A stretch of 64,000 nucleotides of DNA, from assembly GCA_043764155.1 (NCBI GenBank), contig JAYUKW010000012.1:72520-136519 (forward strand). The letters run 5' to 3'. Source of the DNA: Bdellovibrionales bacterium. GTDB taxonomy: Bacteria > Bdellovibrionota > Bdellovibrionia > Bdellovibrionales > UBA1609. The position numbers and the translations under genes were made by a program. The first letter of the stretch is position 1. Each line of letters begins with the position of its first letter. The notes below the pieces were generated by a model. The model searched no databases and was not told where the DNA came from. It saw nothing but the letters and a program-made list of their open reading frames with translations. Below, one piece after another: positions 20,676 to 31,060 of the stretch.

Positions 20676-21250
20676 AAGTAACCCGCTGTGATTTCTTCAA
20701 GAAATTCACCATGTAATCTTTCTGATTCTTTAGTATCTATTTTTTTAACCAAATCCTCTTTCGCCATAACAATAGCGCTATCTAAGACTTTAGCTCGAAT
20801 GGACTGCTCCGCAGATTTAAAAAGTTGATTTGCACTTTCTTTAGTATCTTCAACAGATTTTTTTGATTTTTCAGTGGCCTCGTTAATCATTGCAGTCTTC
20901 ATTTGCACAGCTTCTTTTCTAGAAGTTTCTAGTCTTGAACTGTAAGTGGTTTCAAGCTTTGTGATTTGATCTTCAATTTCTTTTTTTTGTTTTTCAGCTG
21001 CAGCGACAACTTTTTGCGCTTTTGTTGATTCATCTAAAAAATCGGATCTGAATTTTGCGAAATGGGCGGCGGCGGGTTTTCTTAAAGCAAAAATCATTAT
21101 GGCAATAAATAATGTAAAGTTTACGGCTTGAGCTTGCAACGTAGCCCAAGGAACACCAGCTTCAGCACTTGAGGCCAAAAGATATGAAGGTGAAGTTAAG
21201 AATAAAACTATAAATTTTAGGTTCAATCTTATATCTTTTTTATTAAACAT
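20672..21250 (-). CDS. atpF: F0 ATP synthase subunit b
   Basis: 192 aa with an N-terminal hydrophobic segment followed by a long charged coiled-coil. It lies upstream of atpH. Confidence 0.8.
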   Translation of the reverse strand: MFNKKDIRLNLKFIVLFLTSPSYLLASSAEAGVPWATLQAQAVNFTLFIAIMIFALRKPAAAHFAKFRSDFLDESTKAQKVVAAAEKQKKEIEDQITKLETTYSSRLETSRKEAVQMKTAMINEATEKSKKSVEDTKESANQLFKSAEQSIRAKVLDSAIVMAKEDLVKKIDTKESERLHGEFLEEITAGYL

Positions 21251-21709
21251 TTAGTTTTTACCTCTTTTAGAAAGAAGTTGAGTCACTATGACTGCTGAAA
21301 TTTCTTTTGATAAAGATCCAATCTGAGACTGAGCCTGTTCCATTTGGTCAGACAGCTTTTGTTGTGCTTGAGACATTATTTCTTTTGAAGCCGCTGAAGA
21401 ATCTAATAATAATCTATCGGATTCTTTTAAACCCAAAGCTCTTTGCTCTTTAAAAACTAAAGACACTTCATCGTTAATTTGTCTTGCTCTGGTTTGATAT
21501 TTCTCTTCACTTTTTTTAATAATCTCATCAGCTTTTTCTGCAAACTCAAGACTTCCTGATGTCAATTCACGACGCTTTTCAGACGCTTGAAAGTAAGGAT
21601 TAAATGCAATCGCATATAAAACTACAAAGGTAATAAGATAGATTGCGAGCTGAATAAATAGAGTAGAGTCTATTCCTAAAGAAGAAAATATAGTCGTGAC
21701 CATTTCCAT
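21251..21709 (-). CDS. F0 ATP synthase subunit b' (second b-type subunit)
   Basis: 152 aa with a single N-terminal TM helix and a coiled-coil. It abuts atpF directly. Paired b/b' genes are known in several lineages. Confidence 0.7.
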   Translation of the reverse strand: MEMVTTIFSSLGIDSTLFIQLAIYLITFVVLYAIAFNPYFQASEKRRELTSGSLEFAEKADEIIKKSEEKYQTRARQINDEVSLVFKEQRALGLKESDRLLLDSSAASKEIMSQAQQKLSDQMEQAQSQIGSLSKEISAVIVTQLLSKRGKN

Positions 21710-21811
21710 GATTGAGATATCCCTTTTGGTGAAAGAGCTATCATCTCTGAGACTTCGTGGTCAAGAGTTTGCTTCAGGTTTACGAAATTTGAATTTAGAT
21801 GATATTTTTAA

Positions 21812-22171
21812 TTATGTTGTTTGTGGCATGTAAGACGCACCTTCAAAAACGACACCGTCATCAATACTTAATGAAGGTGATGTTACTGTGCCCGTAAAAT
21901 GTGCTGGTGCATGCATAGTGACTTTTGTTTTTGCAAAAATATTTCCTTTCACAGATCCAGAAATTATAACTTCACTAGCTTCAATTTGACCTTCAAATTC
22001 AGCCATGCTGTCGATAACTAAAGTATCATTGGTGAAGATCTCACCTTTAAATTCACCCGAAATTCTAACTGTACCCTCAAATGAAAGTTTTCCGTCAAAT
22101 TGAGTTCCTGGACCGAGAAGCGCTGATAAAGCACCTTCTTCAGATGTTTTATCATTATTTGAATTTTTCAT
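21812..22171 (-). CDS. Bactofilin-family cytoskeletal protein
   Basis: 119 aa with repeated beta-helix windings (FDGKLSFEGTVRISGEFKGEIFTNDTLVIDSMAEFEGQIEASEVIISGSVKGNIFAKTKVTM), which is characteristic of the bactofilin/DUF583 fold. A good RBS (AAGGGGA) is present. Confidence 0.8.
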   Translation of the reverse strand: MKNSNNDKTSEEGALSALLGPGTQFDGKLSFEGTVRISGEFKGEIFTNDTLVIDSMAEFEGQIEASEVIISGSVKGNIFAKTKVTMHAPAHFTGTVTSPSLSIDDGVVFEGASYMPQTT

Positions 22172-22192
22172 TTTATCCCCTTGAGATATAGC

Positions 22193-23227
22193 TTAACTCC
22201 AAGTTCTCATCTTTTTTACAAGACCTTCAAACTGTTCTTTATTATAAAACTGTAAGGTCATCGCACCTCGGCCATTTTTATAAGTGATCTTCGTTCTTGA
22301 TCCAGTAAGTCTTTGAATTTCGTTCATTAAATTCTTAATCGCCTTCTGCTCTGGAGTATCATTCTGAACATCTTCAATTTGGCCTTCTAAGGCATTTTTA
22401 ACTAATCTTTCTGCCGACCTAACAGATAAGGTTAGGTCTATACATTTTTTGGCTAATTTTCTTTGTAGCTCTAAATCGTCAACAGCAACTAAAGCTCGTG
22501 CATGACCCATTGATAACATTTTTTGAGACACATAATCTTGTACTTCTTTCGATAACTTAAGTAGACGAAGGGTATTTGCAACTGTAGCGCGTTCTTTGCC
22601 AACTTTGTCGGCAATGTCAGCTTGGGTCATACCATATTTATCCACAAGTATTTGATAGGCTTCTGCCTCTTCAATTGAATTTAAATTATCACGTTGAATA
22701 TTTTCAATAAGTGCTAATTCAAGAGAGTCTTTTTCATCGGTTTGTCTTAAAATAACTGGTACCGCTTTTAGGCCTGCTATTTGGGCAGCTCGCCATCTTC
22801 TTTCACCAGCAATGATTTCAAAGTTTTTTGAATCCAGCCTTTGAGCCACTATGGGCTGCATAATTCCTTTTTCTTTTATGCTTAGAGAGAGCTCTTTAAG
22901 TGCTTCATCTTCAAATACTTTTCTAGGCTGATTTTTATTTGGAACTAAATTTTCAACAAAAACTTGATGAACCTTTTCAAAATCATTGAGTTTAGTATTT
23001 TGAACTTCATTTAAAATCGTAGACGCTGAGAACTTCATTTTTGAAGCCTCTAGAGGAACAGTTTCAGCTTTTTCCTTTAGTAAATCTTTCTTCTTAATTT
23101 CTTTGATGATTTCATTTTTACGAACAGGACTTAAGTCTTGTTCGTCAGTCATTGGATTTCCTAAAAGCGAATTTAATCCACGTCCAAGTCTACTTTTTGG
23201 GGCTTGTTTTTTTGTTTGTTGGCTCAT
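22193..23227 (-). CDS. parB: Chromosome partitioning protein ParB
   Basis: 344 aa with the GERRWRAA arginine patch and an HTH region (ADIADKVGKERATVANTLRLL). It has a 4-nt overlap with parA. Confidence 0.95.
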   Translation of the reverse strand: MSQQTKKQAPKSRLGRGLNSLLGNPMTDEQDLSPVRKNEIIKEIKKKDLLKEKAETVPLEASKMKFSASTILNEVQNTKLNDFEKVHQVFVENLVPNKNQPRKVFEDEALKELSLSIKEKGIMQPIVAQRLDSKNFEIIAGERRWRAAQIAGLKAVPVILRQTDEKDSLELALIENIQRDNLNSIEEAEAYQILVDKYGMTQADIADKVGKERATVANTLRLLKLSKEVQDYVSQKMLSMGHARALVAVDDLELQRKLAKKCIDLTLSVRSAERLVKNALEGQIEDVQNDTPEQKAIKNLMNEIQRLTGSRTKITYKNGRGAMTLQFYNKEQFEGLVKKMRTWS

Positions 23228-24057
23228 CGTAAGCTCCTTTGCGGGGCTTTACCTTGGTTTGCAGTCATATCCTTTTTAGAGATACTTGCTTTTTGTGTTC
23301 TTAAATCAATTTCTCTTGCTAAAGCCATATATTTTTTTGCACCAACTGATTTTGGATCATAAGCAATAATAGATTGGCCATGACTTGGGGCTTCTGAAAG
23401 ACGAACGTTTCTTGGGATTATAGTACTAAAAACTTTATCTCCGAAGTGAGCATTAATTTCCGATACAACTTGATGAGCTAAATTATTTCTTGTGTCAAAC
23501 ATTGTTAAAGCTATTCCGTCAATTTTCAAACTTGGATTTAATTTTTTCTTTAATAATCCAGCCGTATTTAGCAGCTGAGATAAACCTTCCAGCGCAAAGT
23601 ACTCACACTGAAGTGGAACGATAAAACTATCTGCGGCAGACATCGCATTAATTGTTAAGAGGCCTAATGAGGGGGGGCAGTCTATAAATATGTAGTGATA
23701 ATTTTTTTGAATTTCAATCAACGCTTCTTTAAGCCTAAACTCTCTTTCAGGCACATCTATTAATTCAATCTCTGCGCCAACAAGATCTGGATTTGCTGGG
23801 ACAACATTTAAATTTTTATGGCCAGTAGGAAATATGGATTCAGATATTTTTCTTTCCCCAACTAAAACATGGTAGATGTTCTTTTCGGACTGCTCATGAC
23901 GCTTAATGCCAAGACCGCTTGATGCATTGCCCTGTGGGTCCATGTCTATAAGCAACACCTTTCTTCCCATCTCAGCAAGTGAAGCTGCTATATTTATTGA
24001 GCTTGTTGTTTTACCTACGCCGCCCTTTTGATTCGCTATACAAATTACCTTAGCCAT
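23224..24057 (-). CDS. parA: Chromosome partitioning ATPase ParA (Soj)
   Basis: Deviant Walker A NQKGGVGKTT. The ATG at 24057 is preceded by GGAGGG. The track start at 24072 adds 5 unlikely codons. Confidence 0.95.
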   Translation of the reverse strand: MAKVICIANQKGGVGKTTSSINIAASLAEMGRKVLLIDMDPQGNASSGLGIKRHEQSEKNIYHVLVGERKISESIFPTGHKNLNVVPANPDLVGAEIELIDVPEREFRLKEALIEIQKNYHYIFIDCPPSLGLLTINAMSAADSFIVPLQCEYFALEGLSQLLNTAGLLKKKLNPSLKIDGIALTMFDTRNNLAHQVVSEINAHFGDKVFSTIIPRNVRLSEAPSHGQSIIAYDPKSVGAKKYMALAREIDLRTQKASISKKDMTANQGKAPQRSLR

Positions 24058-24122
24058 GATCCCTCCGAACACTTAGCCACTCCTTCAGCTTATAATAGGT
24101 TCTGAAGAAACGTCTCAATAAT

Positions 24123-24138
24123 AGTTCCACGTGGAACT
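24123..24138. promoter_or_regulatory. parS centromere-like site 1
   Basis: AGTTCCACGTGGAACT is a perfect 16-bp palindrome matching the parS consensus TGTTNCACGTGAAACA in its core (GTTCCACGTGGAAC). It lies in the parA-rsmG intergenic region. Confidence 0.8.
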
Positions 24139-24191
24139 TTTGCTGTCCATGGATTTAGTTTTAGACTTTGCGCGTAACTGGTCTAGTTTTT

Positions 24192-24779
24192 CTAATTTGT
24201 GCTTGAATAGTAAAGCAGGTTTCTATCTTGACCATTATTTAGTCTATAGGTGTGCTCTTTGAATAGGCTTTGGCTAAGGCCTCCAAGCTCGTGGTTCCAC
24301 GTGGAACCTTTAATTAAATATCCTTCCTTATTTAATAGCGGGGAATTGGGACTTAATAGCTTATCTATATTCATAAAGGCACGGGCAATAAAAATGAAGT
24401 TCAATGGAAACTCAACCTTAAAAAAGTCAGAGTTAAGGACTTCTGCATTAGAAATGCCAATCTCTCGTAGGCAGTGCCTTAAAAATTCAGCTTTACGTAC
24501 ATCAATTTCTACAAGAAAGTATTTAGAGCTGGGATTAAGGATGGCCCAAATAATGCCAGGTATTCCGTTGCCAGAGCCCAAATCGTATATAGGATATCCA
24601 TTTGGATTGCCATAGATATCCATGAATATCCTGAATGACTCAAGCCCGTCATGGATATGCTTACTCTCCAGAGCTTCCATATCCTTTGGGCTAATAAGAT
24701 TTAGTATTTTATTAAACTTCCTAAGTAGCTCAGAGTACTTAGAAAGTTTTAAGATATCAGCTTCGCTGTGAGTAGACAC
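24192..24779 (-). CDS. rsmG: 16S rRNA (guanine527-N7)-methyltransferase RsmG (GidB)
   Basis: 195 aa with a SAM-binding LGSGNGIPGI motif. It lies in the conserved mnmG-rsmG-parA-parB context. Confidence 0.9.
   Translation of the reverse strand: MSTHSEADILKLSKYSELLRKFNKILNLISPKDMEALESKHIHDGLESFRIFMDIYGNPNGYPIYDLGSGNGIPGIIWAILNPSSKYFLVEIDVRKAEFLRHCLREIGISNAEVLNSDFFKVEFPLNFIFIARAFMNIDKLLSPNSPLLNKEGYLIKGSTWNHELGGLSQSLFKEHTYRLNNGQDRNLLYYSSTN
24293..24308. promoter_or_regulatory. parS centromere-like site 2 (inside the rsmG coding sequence)
   Basis: GGTTCCACGTGGAACC is a perfect 16-bp palindrome with the same 14-bp core as site 1. It encodes GSTWNH of RsmG. Confidence 0.78.
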
Positions 24780-24784
24780 TAAGG

Positions 24785-26638
24785 CTAATACCCAAGCCTA
24801 ATCATTAAGGCATGGATAGCTGATGGATTAACACCACTAATTCTAGATGCTTGAGCCAGTGTTGTAGGTCTTATGTGTGTCAACTTTTCCCGTTCTTCAT
24901 TAGAAAGTGAGAGTAGTGAATGAAAATCAAAATTATAAGGGATCGGTGCGCTTTCTAAACGATTCATTTTATGAATAGAATCTATTTCGCGTTTAATATA
25001 ACCTTCATATTTAATATCAATAGCTACAGCAGAATAAATCTCTTCATCAACATCAAAGTCCTTTTCAATATCAGTAAACTGAAGTGGTGAGATTTCTCTT
25101 CGACGTAAAAGTTCAGAAAGATTAGATGATTTCAAAAGACGCGTAGTTCCAAACTCTTCGAGCTTAGCATTCCAAAATGCATTTGGAACAATTTGAAAGT
25201 CTTCTAAACTTTGTCTGTATTTGGCCCTTTTATCTAAAAGCTCAGAAACCCTTGTTTTCTTAAGTTCATTATATAAATAGTATTTATTTGCATGGTGTGA
25301 CAATCGTGAATACACATTGTCTTCGCGAAGTAATAAGCGATATTCCGCTCTTGAGGTCATCATTCTATAAGGCTCTTTAGTGCCTTTAGTCACTAGATCA
25401 TCAATCAACACTCCGATATAAGCTTCGTGTCTTTTTAAAATAAATGGTTCATCATTGCTGATACTTAGGGCTGCATTTAAGCCTGCCATAAAACCCTGAA
25501 CTGCTGCTTCTTCATAGCCACTTGTTCCATTAATTTGACCAGCAAAGTATAAATTATTTATATATTTAGTTTCTAATGTGGGTTTAATTTGTGTGGGCTG
25601 TAAAAAATCATACTCGACAGCATATCCTGGACGAAGAATTTTAACGTTCTCAAGACCAGGAATTGTTTTTAAAAATTGATTTTGAATGTCTTCAGGTAAT
25701 GATGTTGATATTCCTTGAAGATAGATTGAATTGGAATTTATACCTTCAGGTTCTAAAAAAGTTTGATGTCTTAATTTATCAGAAAATCTAACAACTTTGT
25801 CTTCAACACTAGGACAATAACGTGGACCAACACCCTCAATCATTCCTGAATACATTGCAGACTTATCTAAGTTATCTCTAATAATATCGTGTGTTCTTTC
25901 ATTGGTATAACTAATCCCACAGGACACGGGACCATAGGGCATTTTATTAGAACTCATGATACTAAAGGGTTCAAAAACCTTATCTCCAGTGTCGCTAACT
26001 AGGATATCCCAATTTATAGTTTCTTTATCCAGCCTTGGCGGAGTTCCCGTTTTTAAACGTGTAACTTTAAATCCAAACGAAGCCAGTTGATTTGATAAAC
26101 CAGTAGTCGCCTTTTCACCAACTCGACCACCAGAAACTTTTTGACGACCTATATACATCACACCGTTCATAAAGGTGCCTGTAGTCAAAATCAATTTTAA
26201 TGAATGAATTAAAGACCCATCCTCTAAAACGACACCATTGCAAACATCCCCATCTAAAATAATAGACTTAACTTCGCTAGAAATAATAGAAATATTTGGA
26301 TGAGCCGAAATAATCTTAAAAGCATTATCACAGTAGATTTCTTTGTCACACTGGGATCTAGAACCACGAACGGCAGGTCCCTTTTTCGCATTTAATTTTT
26401 TAAATTGAATTGTAGATTGGTCAGATATCACACCCATAATGCCACCCAGGGCATCAAGCTCACGAACCATGTGGCCTTTGGCTAAGCCACCAATCGAAGG
26501 GTTACAGCTCATAAACCCGATTTTAGAGACATCAGTTGTAACTAATGCGACTTTTAATCCCATTTTTGCAACTACATAGGCAGCTTCAACACCGGCATGT
26601 CCTGCACCTACTACTATTGCATCAAATTTGGTCATCAT
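24785..26638 (-). CDS. mnmG: tRNA uridine 5-carboxymethylaminomethyl modification enzyme MnmG (GidA)
   Basis: 617 aa with an FAD-binding N-terminus ([15 protein letters not shown]) and conserved GidA blocks throughout. Confidence 0.97.
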   Translation of the reverse strand: MMTKFDAIVVGAGHAGVEAAYVVAKMGLKVALVTTDVSKIGFMSCNPSIGGLAKGHMVRELDALGGIMGVISDQSTIQFKKLNAKKGPAVRGSRSQCDKEIYCDNAFKIISAHPNISIISSEVKSIILDGDVCNGVVLEDGSLIHSLKLILTTGTFMNGVMYIGRQKVSGGRVGEKATTGLSNQLASFGFKVTRLKTGTPPRLDKETINWDILVSDTGDKVFEPFSIMSSNKMPYGPVSCGISYTNERTHDIIRDNLDKSAMYSGMIEGVGPRYCPSVEDKVVRFSDKLRHQTFLEPEGINSNSIYLQGISTSLPEDIQNQFLKTIPGLENVKILRPGYAVEYDFLQPTQIKPTLETKYINNLYFAGQINGTSGYEEAAVQGFMAGLNAALSISNDEPFILKRHEAYIGVLIDDLVTKGTKEPYRMMTSRAEYRLLLREDNVYSRLSHHANKYYLYNELKKTRVSELLDKRAKYRQSLEDFQIVPNAFWNAKLEEFGTTRLLKSSNLSELLRRREISPLQFTDIEKDFDVDEEIYSAVAIDIKYEGYIKREIDSIHKMNRLESAPIPYNFDFHSLLSLSNEEREKLTHIRPTTLAQASRISGVNPSAIHALMIRLGY

Positions 26639-26698
26639 AGAGACAAAGAAATACAGATAGAATCAACATACGTCTATAGGAAAATTGAATTTAAATTA

Positions 26699-28099
26699 CT
26701 ATTTACCAAGGCAAAAATCTTTAAATATTCGGTCACGAATCAATTCATCATCATTAATGTAAGAAATATTAAGAAGTGCTTTTAGCGCTAAATTTAGATG
26801 AAATAACACAAGCTCATCACCTAAATCTTCTATTAATATTTCGTAGGATTGTTCAAGTTCCTTTAAAACAAACTCAAGTTCTTGAAATTGTCTTAAGCTT
26901 ACAACTCCTAATGGGTCTTTTTCTTGTTCAAGATCAAAGAGTGAGGTCATATTATCTATAAGTCCGTTAAGACCATGATTGTTTTTTACAGAAATAAATT
27001 TAGGTTCGATATTAAAATCTATATCTAAGCTTTTAAGACCAGGCTTAAGATTTGGTATTTTTGTTGGGCTATCAACTAGGTCCGACTTATTAATCGCAAT
27101 AATAATCTTTTTAGACTTCCAAGTTGAATCAATAATATCTAAAAATTCTAATGTAAGATTATCTGATGAAAAAAGCAGAATAATTAAATCAGCAATTTTA
27201 ATTAGATCCTTAATCTTAAAAATTCCTTGCTCCTCAACATCATCATTTGAATATCGAATACCGGCCGTATCTATGATTTCAAAGCGCTTACCCTTAAAAT
27301 TTACAGATTCAGAGATATAGTCTCTTGTAGTACCCGCAGTTGAAGAGACTATTGATCTTTGATGTCCAACAAAATAATTAAAAAGGCTGGATTTACCTAC
27401 ATTAGGGGAACCCAGTATTAAAGTTTTAATTCCCTTATCAACTATGTTTTGAGTTTTAAAAAAACTTAAACTTTGTTTTAGCTGAAATAACAAAGGATTT
27501 AATTTATCCAATAGCACTTCGGTGCTCGCAATTTCAATATCTTCGGTAGAAAAATCAATTTTAGCTTCAAGCCTCGATATCAACCAAATTAAGTCACTTT
27601 CAACTGATTTTAGATTAGATTTTATATCCCCACTTATAAGACCTAGAGACTTAGAGATTTTAGATTCAGTATTCGATTCAATTAAAGACAGCAAGGCTTC
27701 TGCTTGTGGAGCTGTAATTCTACCGTTTTTGTATGCACGGTATGAAAACTCACCCTTTTCAGCCATACGGCATCCCAGATGAATTAAAGTCTCCAAAATA
27801 TTCTTAACAATAACAGGATTGCCATGACATGAAATCTCAACCGTCATTTCGCCAGTAAAAGATTGGCCTTGTTTAAAGTAAGTGACAAGAACTTCATCTA
27901 ACCGAGTTTCAGATGTGGGATTAAAAAAATATCCATAATAAACACGATGAGATGCAATACTGTCCAAAGACTCAAAGGGTTTAAAACATTTAGAAGTTAG
28001 ACTTAAACAATTTTGACCAGAAATTCGAATAACATGAATGCCGCCCCTTCCGCTAGGAGTGGACTGAGCACAAATAGTGTCATCTAAATTATAGTACAT
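26699..28099 (-). CDS. mnmE: tRNA modification GTPase MnmE (TrmE)
   Basis: 466 aa with a G-domain (GSPNVGKSSLFN, DTAG) and the C-terminal CLGK motif. Confidence 0.95.
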   Translation of the reverse strand: MYYNLDDTICAQSTPSGRGGIHVIRISGQNCLSLTSKCFKPFESLDSIASHRVYYGYFFNPTSETRLDEVLVTYFKQGQSFTGEMTVEISCHGNPVIVKNILETLIHLGCRMAEKGEFSYRAYKNGRITAPQAEALLSLIESNTESKISKSLGLISGDIKSNLKSVESDLIWLISRLEAKIDFSTEDIEIASTEVLLDKLNPLLFQLKQSLSFFKTQNIVDKGIKTLILGSPNVGKSSLFNYFVGHQRSIVSSTAGTTRDYISESVNFKGKRFEIIDTAGIRYSNDDVEEQGIFKIKDLIKIADLIILLFSSDNLTLEFLDIIDSTWKSKKIIIAINKSDLVDSPTKIPNLKPGLKSLDIDFNIEPKFISVKNNHGLNGLIDNMTSLFDLEQEKDPLGVVSLRQFQELEFVLKELEQSYEILIEDLGDELVLFHLNLALKALLNISYINDDELIRDRIFKDFCLGK

Positions 28100-28101
28100 A
28101 T

Positions 28102-28677
28102 TTAGACATCAGAAGAGGGAGTAACGTCCTGTTCTCTAGGAGTTTTAGCCGGCTTATCAGGATTATGTGTTGGCTTAGCACCAACCATAGAAATTTTAAT
28201 TTTTTTAAACATCCCATCACCAACGCTTTTAGTTCTAAATCTTTTATCTTCAGATAAGTACTGATGAACAATCTTTCTTTCTCTTGGTGGTAAAGCTCTA
28301 AAGAAGGCTGGCTTTTTCTTTTTAATAACCATCTCTTTAAGTTTTTCTGCTGCTTTAATCAGTTCATCATCAGATTGTTCTCTAAAGGAGTCACAATCGA
28401 CAATAATCGTTAGTTTTTCATCAGGGAATTGATTCTGCATAGATCGTTTTAAAAATAATTGAAAGGCATCAAGAAGCTGAGCGTCTCTGTCTTTGGCCAT
28501 CTCTTCATCTTCGCCAAAAAGATCAATTAATACTTTCTTAGAATCATCTGAAACTTTAACATCAAAAGATAACTTTAAGCCTGTTTTATTTAACAAAGTC
28601 TGCATAGACTGTTCAATAAATACCTCCGGACCTTTTCTTTTGCTACCACCGAAAATTCTACTTAAAAATCCTGCCAT
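28102..28677 (-). CDS. jag: Jag/KhpB-like RNA-binding protein (KH plus R3H domains)
   Basis: 191 aa with an R3H-type segment (LPPRERKIVHQYLSEDKRFRTKSVGDG). It has the conserved position downstream of yidC. Confidence 0.8.
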   Translation of the reverse strand: MAGFLSRIFGGSKRKGPEVFIEQSMQTLLNKTGLKLSFDVKVSDDSKKVLIDLFGEDEEMAKDRDAQLLDAFQLFLKRSMQNQFPDEKLTIIVDCDSFREQSDDELIKAAEKLKEMVIKKKKPAFFRALPPRERKIVHQYLSEDKRFRTKSVGDGMFKKIKISMVGAKPTHNPDKPAKTPREQDVTPSSDV

Positions 28678-28736
28678 TTTTTAACTCCTCTTATGTAACA
28701 TATGACTTAAATATGTTTCTGAAATATTTGTCGATC

Positions 28737-30356
28737 TTATTTCGACTTAGTAAACAAATATTGTTGTAAAACCCCAAACAAAGTGCTGACGAAGATATAG
28801 AGCGTCAGTGCGCTTGGGAGCGAAATCATGAAAACTGAAAAAATAAGTGGCATAAACATCATCACCTTCTGTTGCATAGGCTCCAGACTTGTAGGTGTAA
28901 GTTTTTGCTGGATAAACATAGTGGCACCCATTAAAACAGGCAAAATATAAAGTGAATCCTTTAAACTTAAATCATTAATCCAAAAAATAAATGGGGATTG
29001 ATACATGACAATACTTTCTGAAAGTACACGGTAGAAAGCAAAAAAGATCGGAAGCTGTAATAACATTGGTAAGCATCCGCCCACTGGGTTCACCTTATGT
29101 TCCTTCATCAGTGCCATAGTTTCAAGATTAGCTTTTTGTGAATCATCTTTATTTTTTTCACGAATTTGTTTAAGTAAAGGTTGGATTTTTTGCATCTTAT
29201 CAATGGACTTGTAACCACGGTAAGCTATGGGGAACACTAAAAGTCTCATCAATAAAGTCAGCAAAATAATTGCTATTCCGTAATTTGAAAAAATAGAAAA
29301 GAAAAATTTAAGTACATATAAAATAGGTTCACATATGATCTTAAACATTCCGAAATTAATTAAACTTATCAAATCACCATCAACACTTTTAAGAATGACA
29401 TCATCTTTTGGTCCAGCAAAATAAACTTGGTTTATTTTGAAAGACTTAATGTTTTTTGAAACTTCGTAATCTAAGCGAATGAAAGCTTTTTTATCTGATT
29501 CGTTAATATAAACTAGAGCATTTGGTTTTAATGTTGATCTATCTACAATCGCATTTGAAAAAAACTGTGTTCCGAGTGAAACCATTTTAACTTGATTAAA
29601 GCTTCTACTAGCAAATTCTGATGTTTTTAATAAATCTCTATCTTCACCATCATTGTTTAAAACAACAAACTCTTGGCGTTCAAAAGTAGGGAAAAACAGA
29701 CTGCTTTTAGCCTTTTCATTAATAGGAAGTTCTAAATATAATGATAACCCTGGCAAATCCCCAGTGATTTCATAATTCACTTCGACTGAATAATTCGAAG
29801 GGTTAAAATTTAATGTTTTTATGATTTTTCCGGAACTTGTTTGATACTCACCTACAACTTGGTTTTTATTTTGAGTCACTACAAATGGAATAGGATCTGA
29901 GACACCAAAAAAAGTAGTTTTAAAAAGATTTTTAAATAAAAGCTTTTCAAGCTTTCTATCTTTATATTGATTCAGCTGAATATTTTTGAATTCTAAGCCT
30001 GAATTACTAATTTCTGCAGACCACAAATCACTTTTAAAATCAAAATTTTTGACTTCGAATACAGGTCCTGAATTAGCTAATGCATTTTGTGTATTTTTAT
30101 CATCACTTAATGTATCTCCAGACTTACTGTCTGCTGAAATTGTTTTAATAGATTTTGCTGATTCATCATCACTGCCGTCTGCTTTTTTATCGATAACGGT
30201 ATCGGTTGTTTTAGAAATCTCTTTTGGAGTTTTTGAATACATGTGAGGATACTTTTCCTTCATGTAGTTTTGCCACAAAACAAAGATCAACATTGTTAAA
30301 GCAAAGGCAATGATTGTTCTTGGTTCAAAGAAATTAGGACTTTTATTATCTTTCAT
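28737..30356 (-). CDS. yidC: Membrane protein insertase YidC
   Basis: 539 aa with an N-terminal TM helix, a large periplasmic domain and a C-terminal 5-TM core (PVGGCLPMLLQLPIFFAFY). Confidence 0.95.
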   Translation of the reverse strand: MKDNKSPNFFEPRTIIAFALTMLIFVLWQNYMKEKYPHMYSKTPKEISKTTDTVIDKKADGSDDESAKSIKTISADSKSGDTLSDDKNTQNALANSGPVFEVKNFDFKSDLWSAEISNSGLEFKNIQLNQYKDRKLEKLLFKNLFKTTFFGVSDPIPFVVTQNKNQVVGEYQTSSGKIIKTLNFNPSNYSVEVNYEITGDLPGLSLYLELPINEKAKSSLFFPTFERQEFVVLNNDGEDRDLLKTSEFASRSFNQVKMVSLGTQFFSNAIVDRSTLKPNALVYINESDKKAFIRLDYEVSKNIKSFKINQVYFAGPKDDVILKSVDGDLISLINFGMFKIICEPILYVLKFFFSIFSNYGIAIILLTLLMRLLVFPIAYRGYKSIDKMQKIQPLLKQIREKNKDDSQKANLETMALMKEHKVNPVGGCLPMLLQLPIFFAFYRVLSESIVMYQSPFIFWINDLSLKDSLYILPVLMGATMFIQQKLTPTSLEPMQQKVMMFMPLIFSVFMISLPSALTLYIFVSTLFGVLQQYLFTKSK

Positions 30357-30615
30357 CTGTTTTCCTTAAAATTTTTGTTTTTTCATTCAAAGGCACAGGA
30401 TCAAGGCCAAAAGTAGATCCAGGTCTGCACTTAAATAAGCGAGTTAAAGACAGTTTAAATGCAGTGAAAAAAGGGTATTTCAAAAAGGCTTCGTTAGCAT
30501 AGGCAGAACAAGAAGGTTCAAATCTACAAACACCTGAGCCGAAGTGAGCTGTGAAAACAGATCTATAAATTCCAATAAATATTAAAGAGATGGAAGATAA
30601 TAGATTTGAAACCAT
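30346..30615 (-). CDS. yidD: Membrane protein insertion efficiency factor YidD
   Basis: CRFEPSCSAYANEAF is the YidD signature. The track ORF (to 30753) is an out-of-frame overlap with rnpA. Likely starts are ATG 30615 (4 nt after the rnpA stop) or ATG 30636. Confidence 0.85.
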   Translation of the reverse strand: MVSNLLSSISLIFIGIYRSVFTAHFGSGVCRFEPSCSAYANEAFLKYPFFTAFKLSLTRLFKCRPGSTFGLDPVPLNEKTKILRKTDER

Positions 30616-30619
30616 AGAC

Positions 30620-31060
30620 CTAGTTTTTAATCTCATCAGATTTCTGATTAAAGAGCTTGTCACAGATTTTATCAGTGCTCTTAGGTAAGATCTTTGGTGT
30701 GATCGTAGTTGTAATTTTGTGCCAGACTGGCTGCAACAAGCTTCTAAATTCATTGTAATCCATCTCTTTAAAATTTTCTGATCCCGATTTTAAAAATACA
30801 AGATTCAAATCAACTTTAAAATGGGAATCTAAATGATTTTCTTTTCTAAAGAATTCTCTGGAATAACGTTTTAACTTATTTCTTAGAACTGCATTTCCAA
30901 CAGCTCTGGATAAAGTCCAACCAACACGATGAGTGTCTAGATTGTTTTGAACATAACAGATTAAAAGCTTCTTATTAATATAGGCTTTAAGACCGTTGGA
31001 TTTAATAAAACCAAAGTCTTTAGAACTCTTAAGAATAGAAATCGATTTATTTTCCACCAA
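30620..31060 (-). CDS. rnpA: Ribonuclease P protein component
   Basis: 146 aa with [14 protein letters not shown] and the RNR-like basic block ([20 protein letters not shown]). A TTG 31060 or GTG 31057 start overlaps the rpmH 3' end by 11-14 nt. Confidence 0.85.
   Translation of the reverse strand: MVENKSISILKSSKDFGFIKSNGLKAYINKKLLICYVQNNLDTHRVGWTLSRAVGNAVLRNKLKRYSREFFRKENHLDSHFKVDLNLVFLKSGSENFKEMDYNEFRSLLQPVWHKITTTITPKILPKSTDKICDKLFNQKSDEIKN

Noticed and set aside
26597-26785. 62-aa ORF in and around the mnmG-mnmE spacer.
   Set aside because: It overlaps the mnmG start and the mnmE 3' end on the opposite strand, and its sequence is low-complexity.
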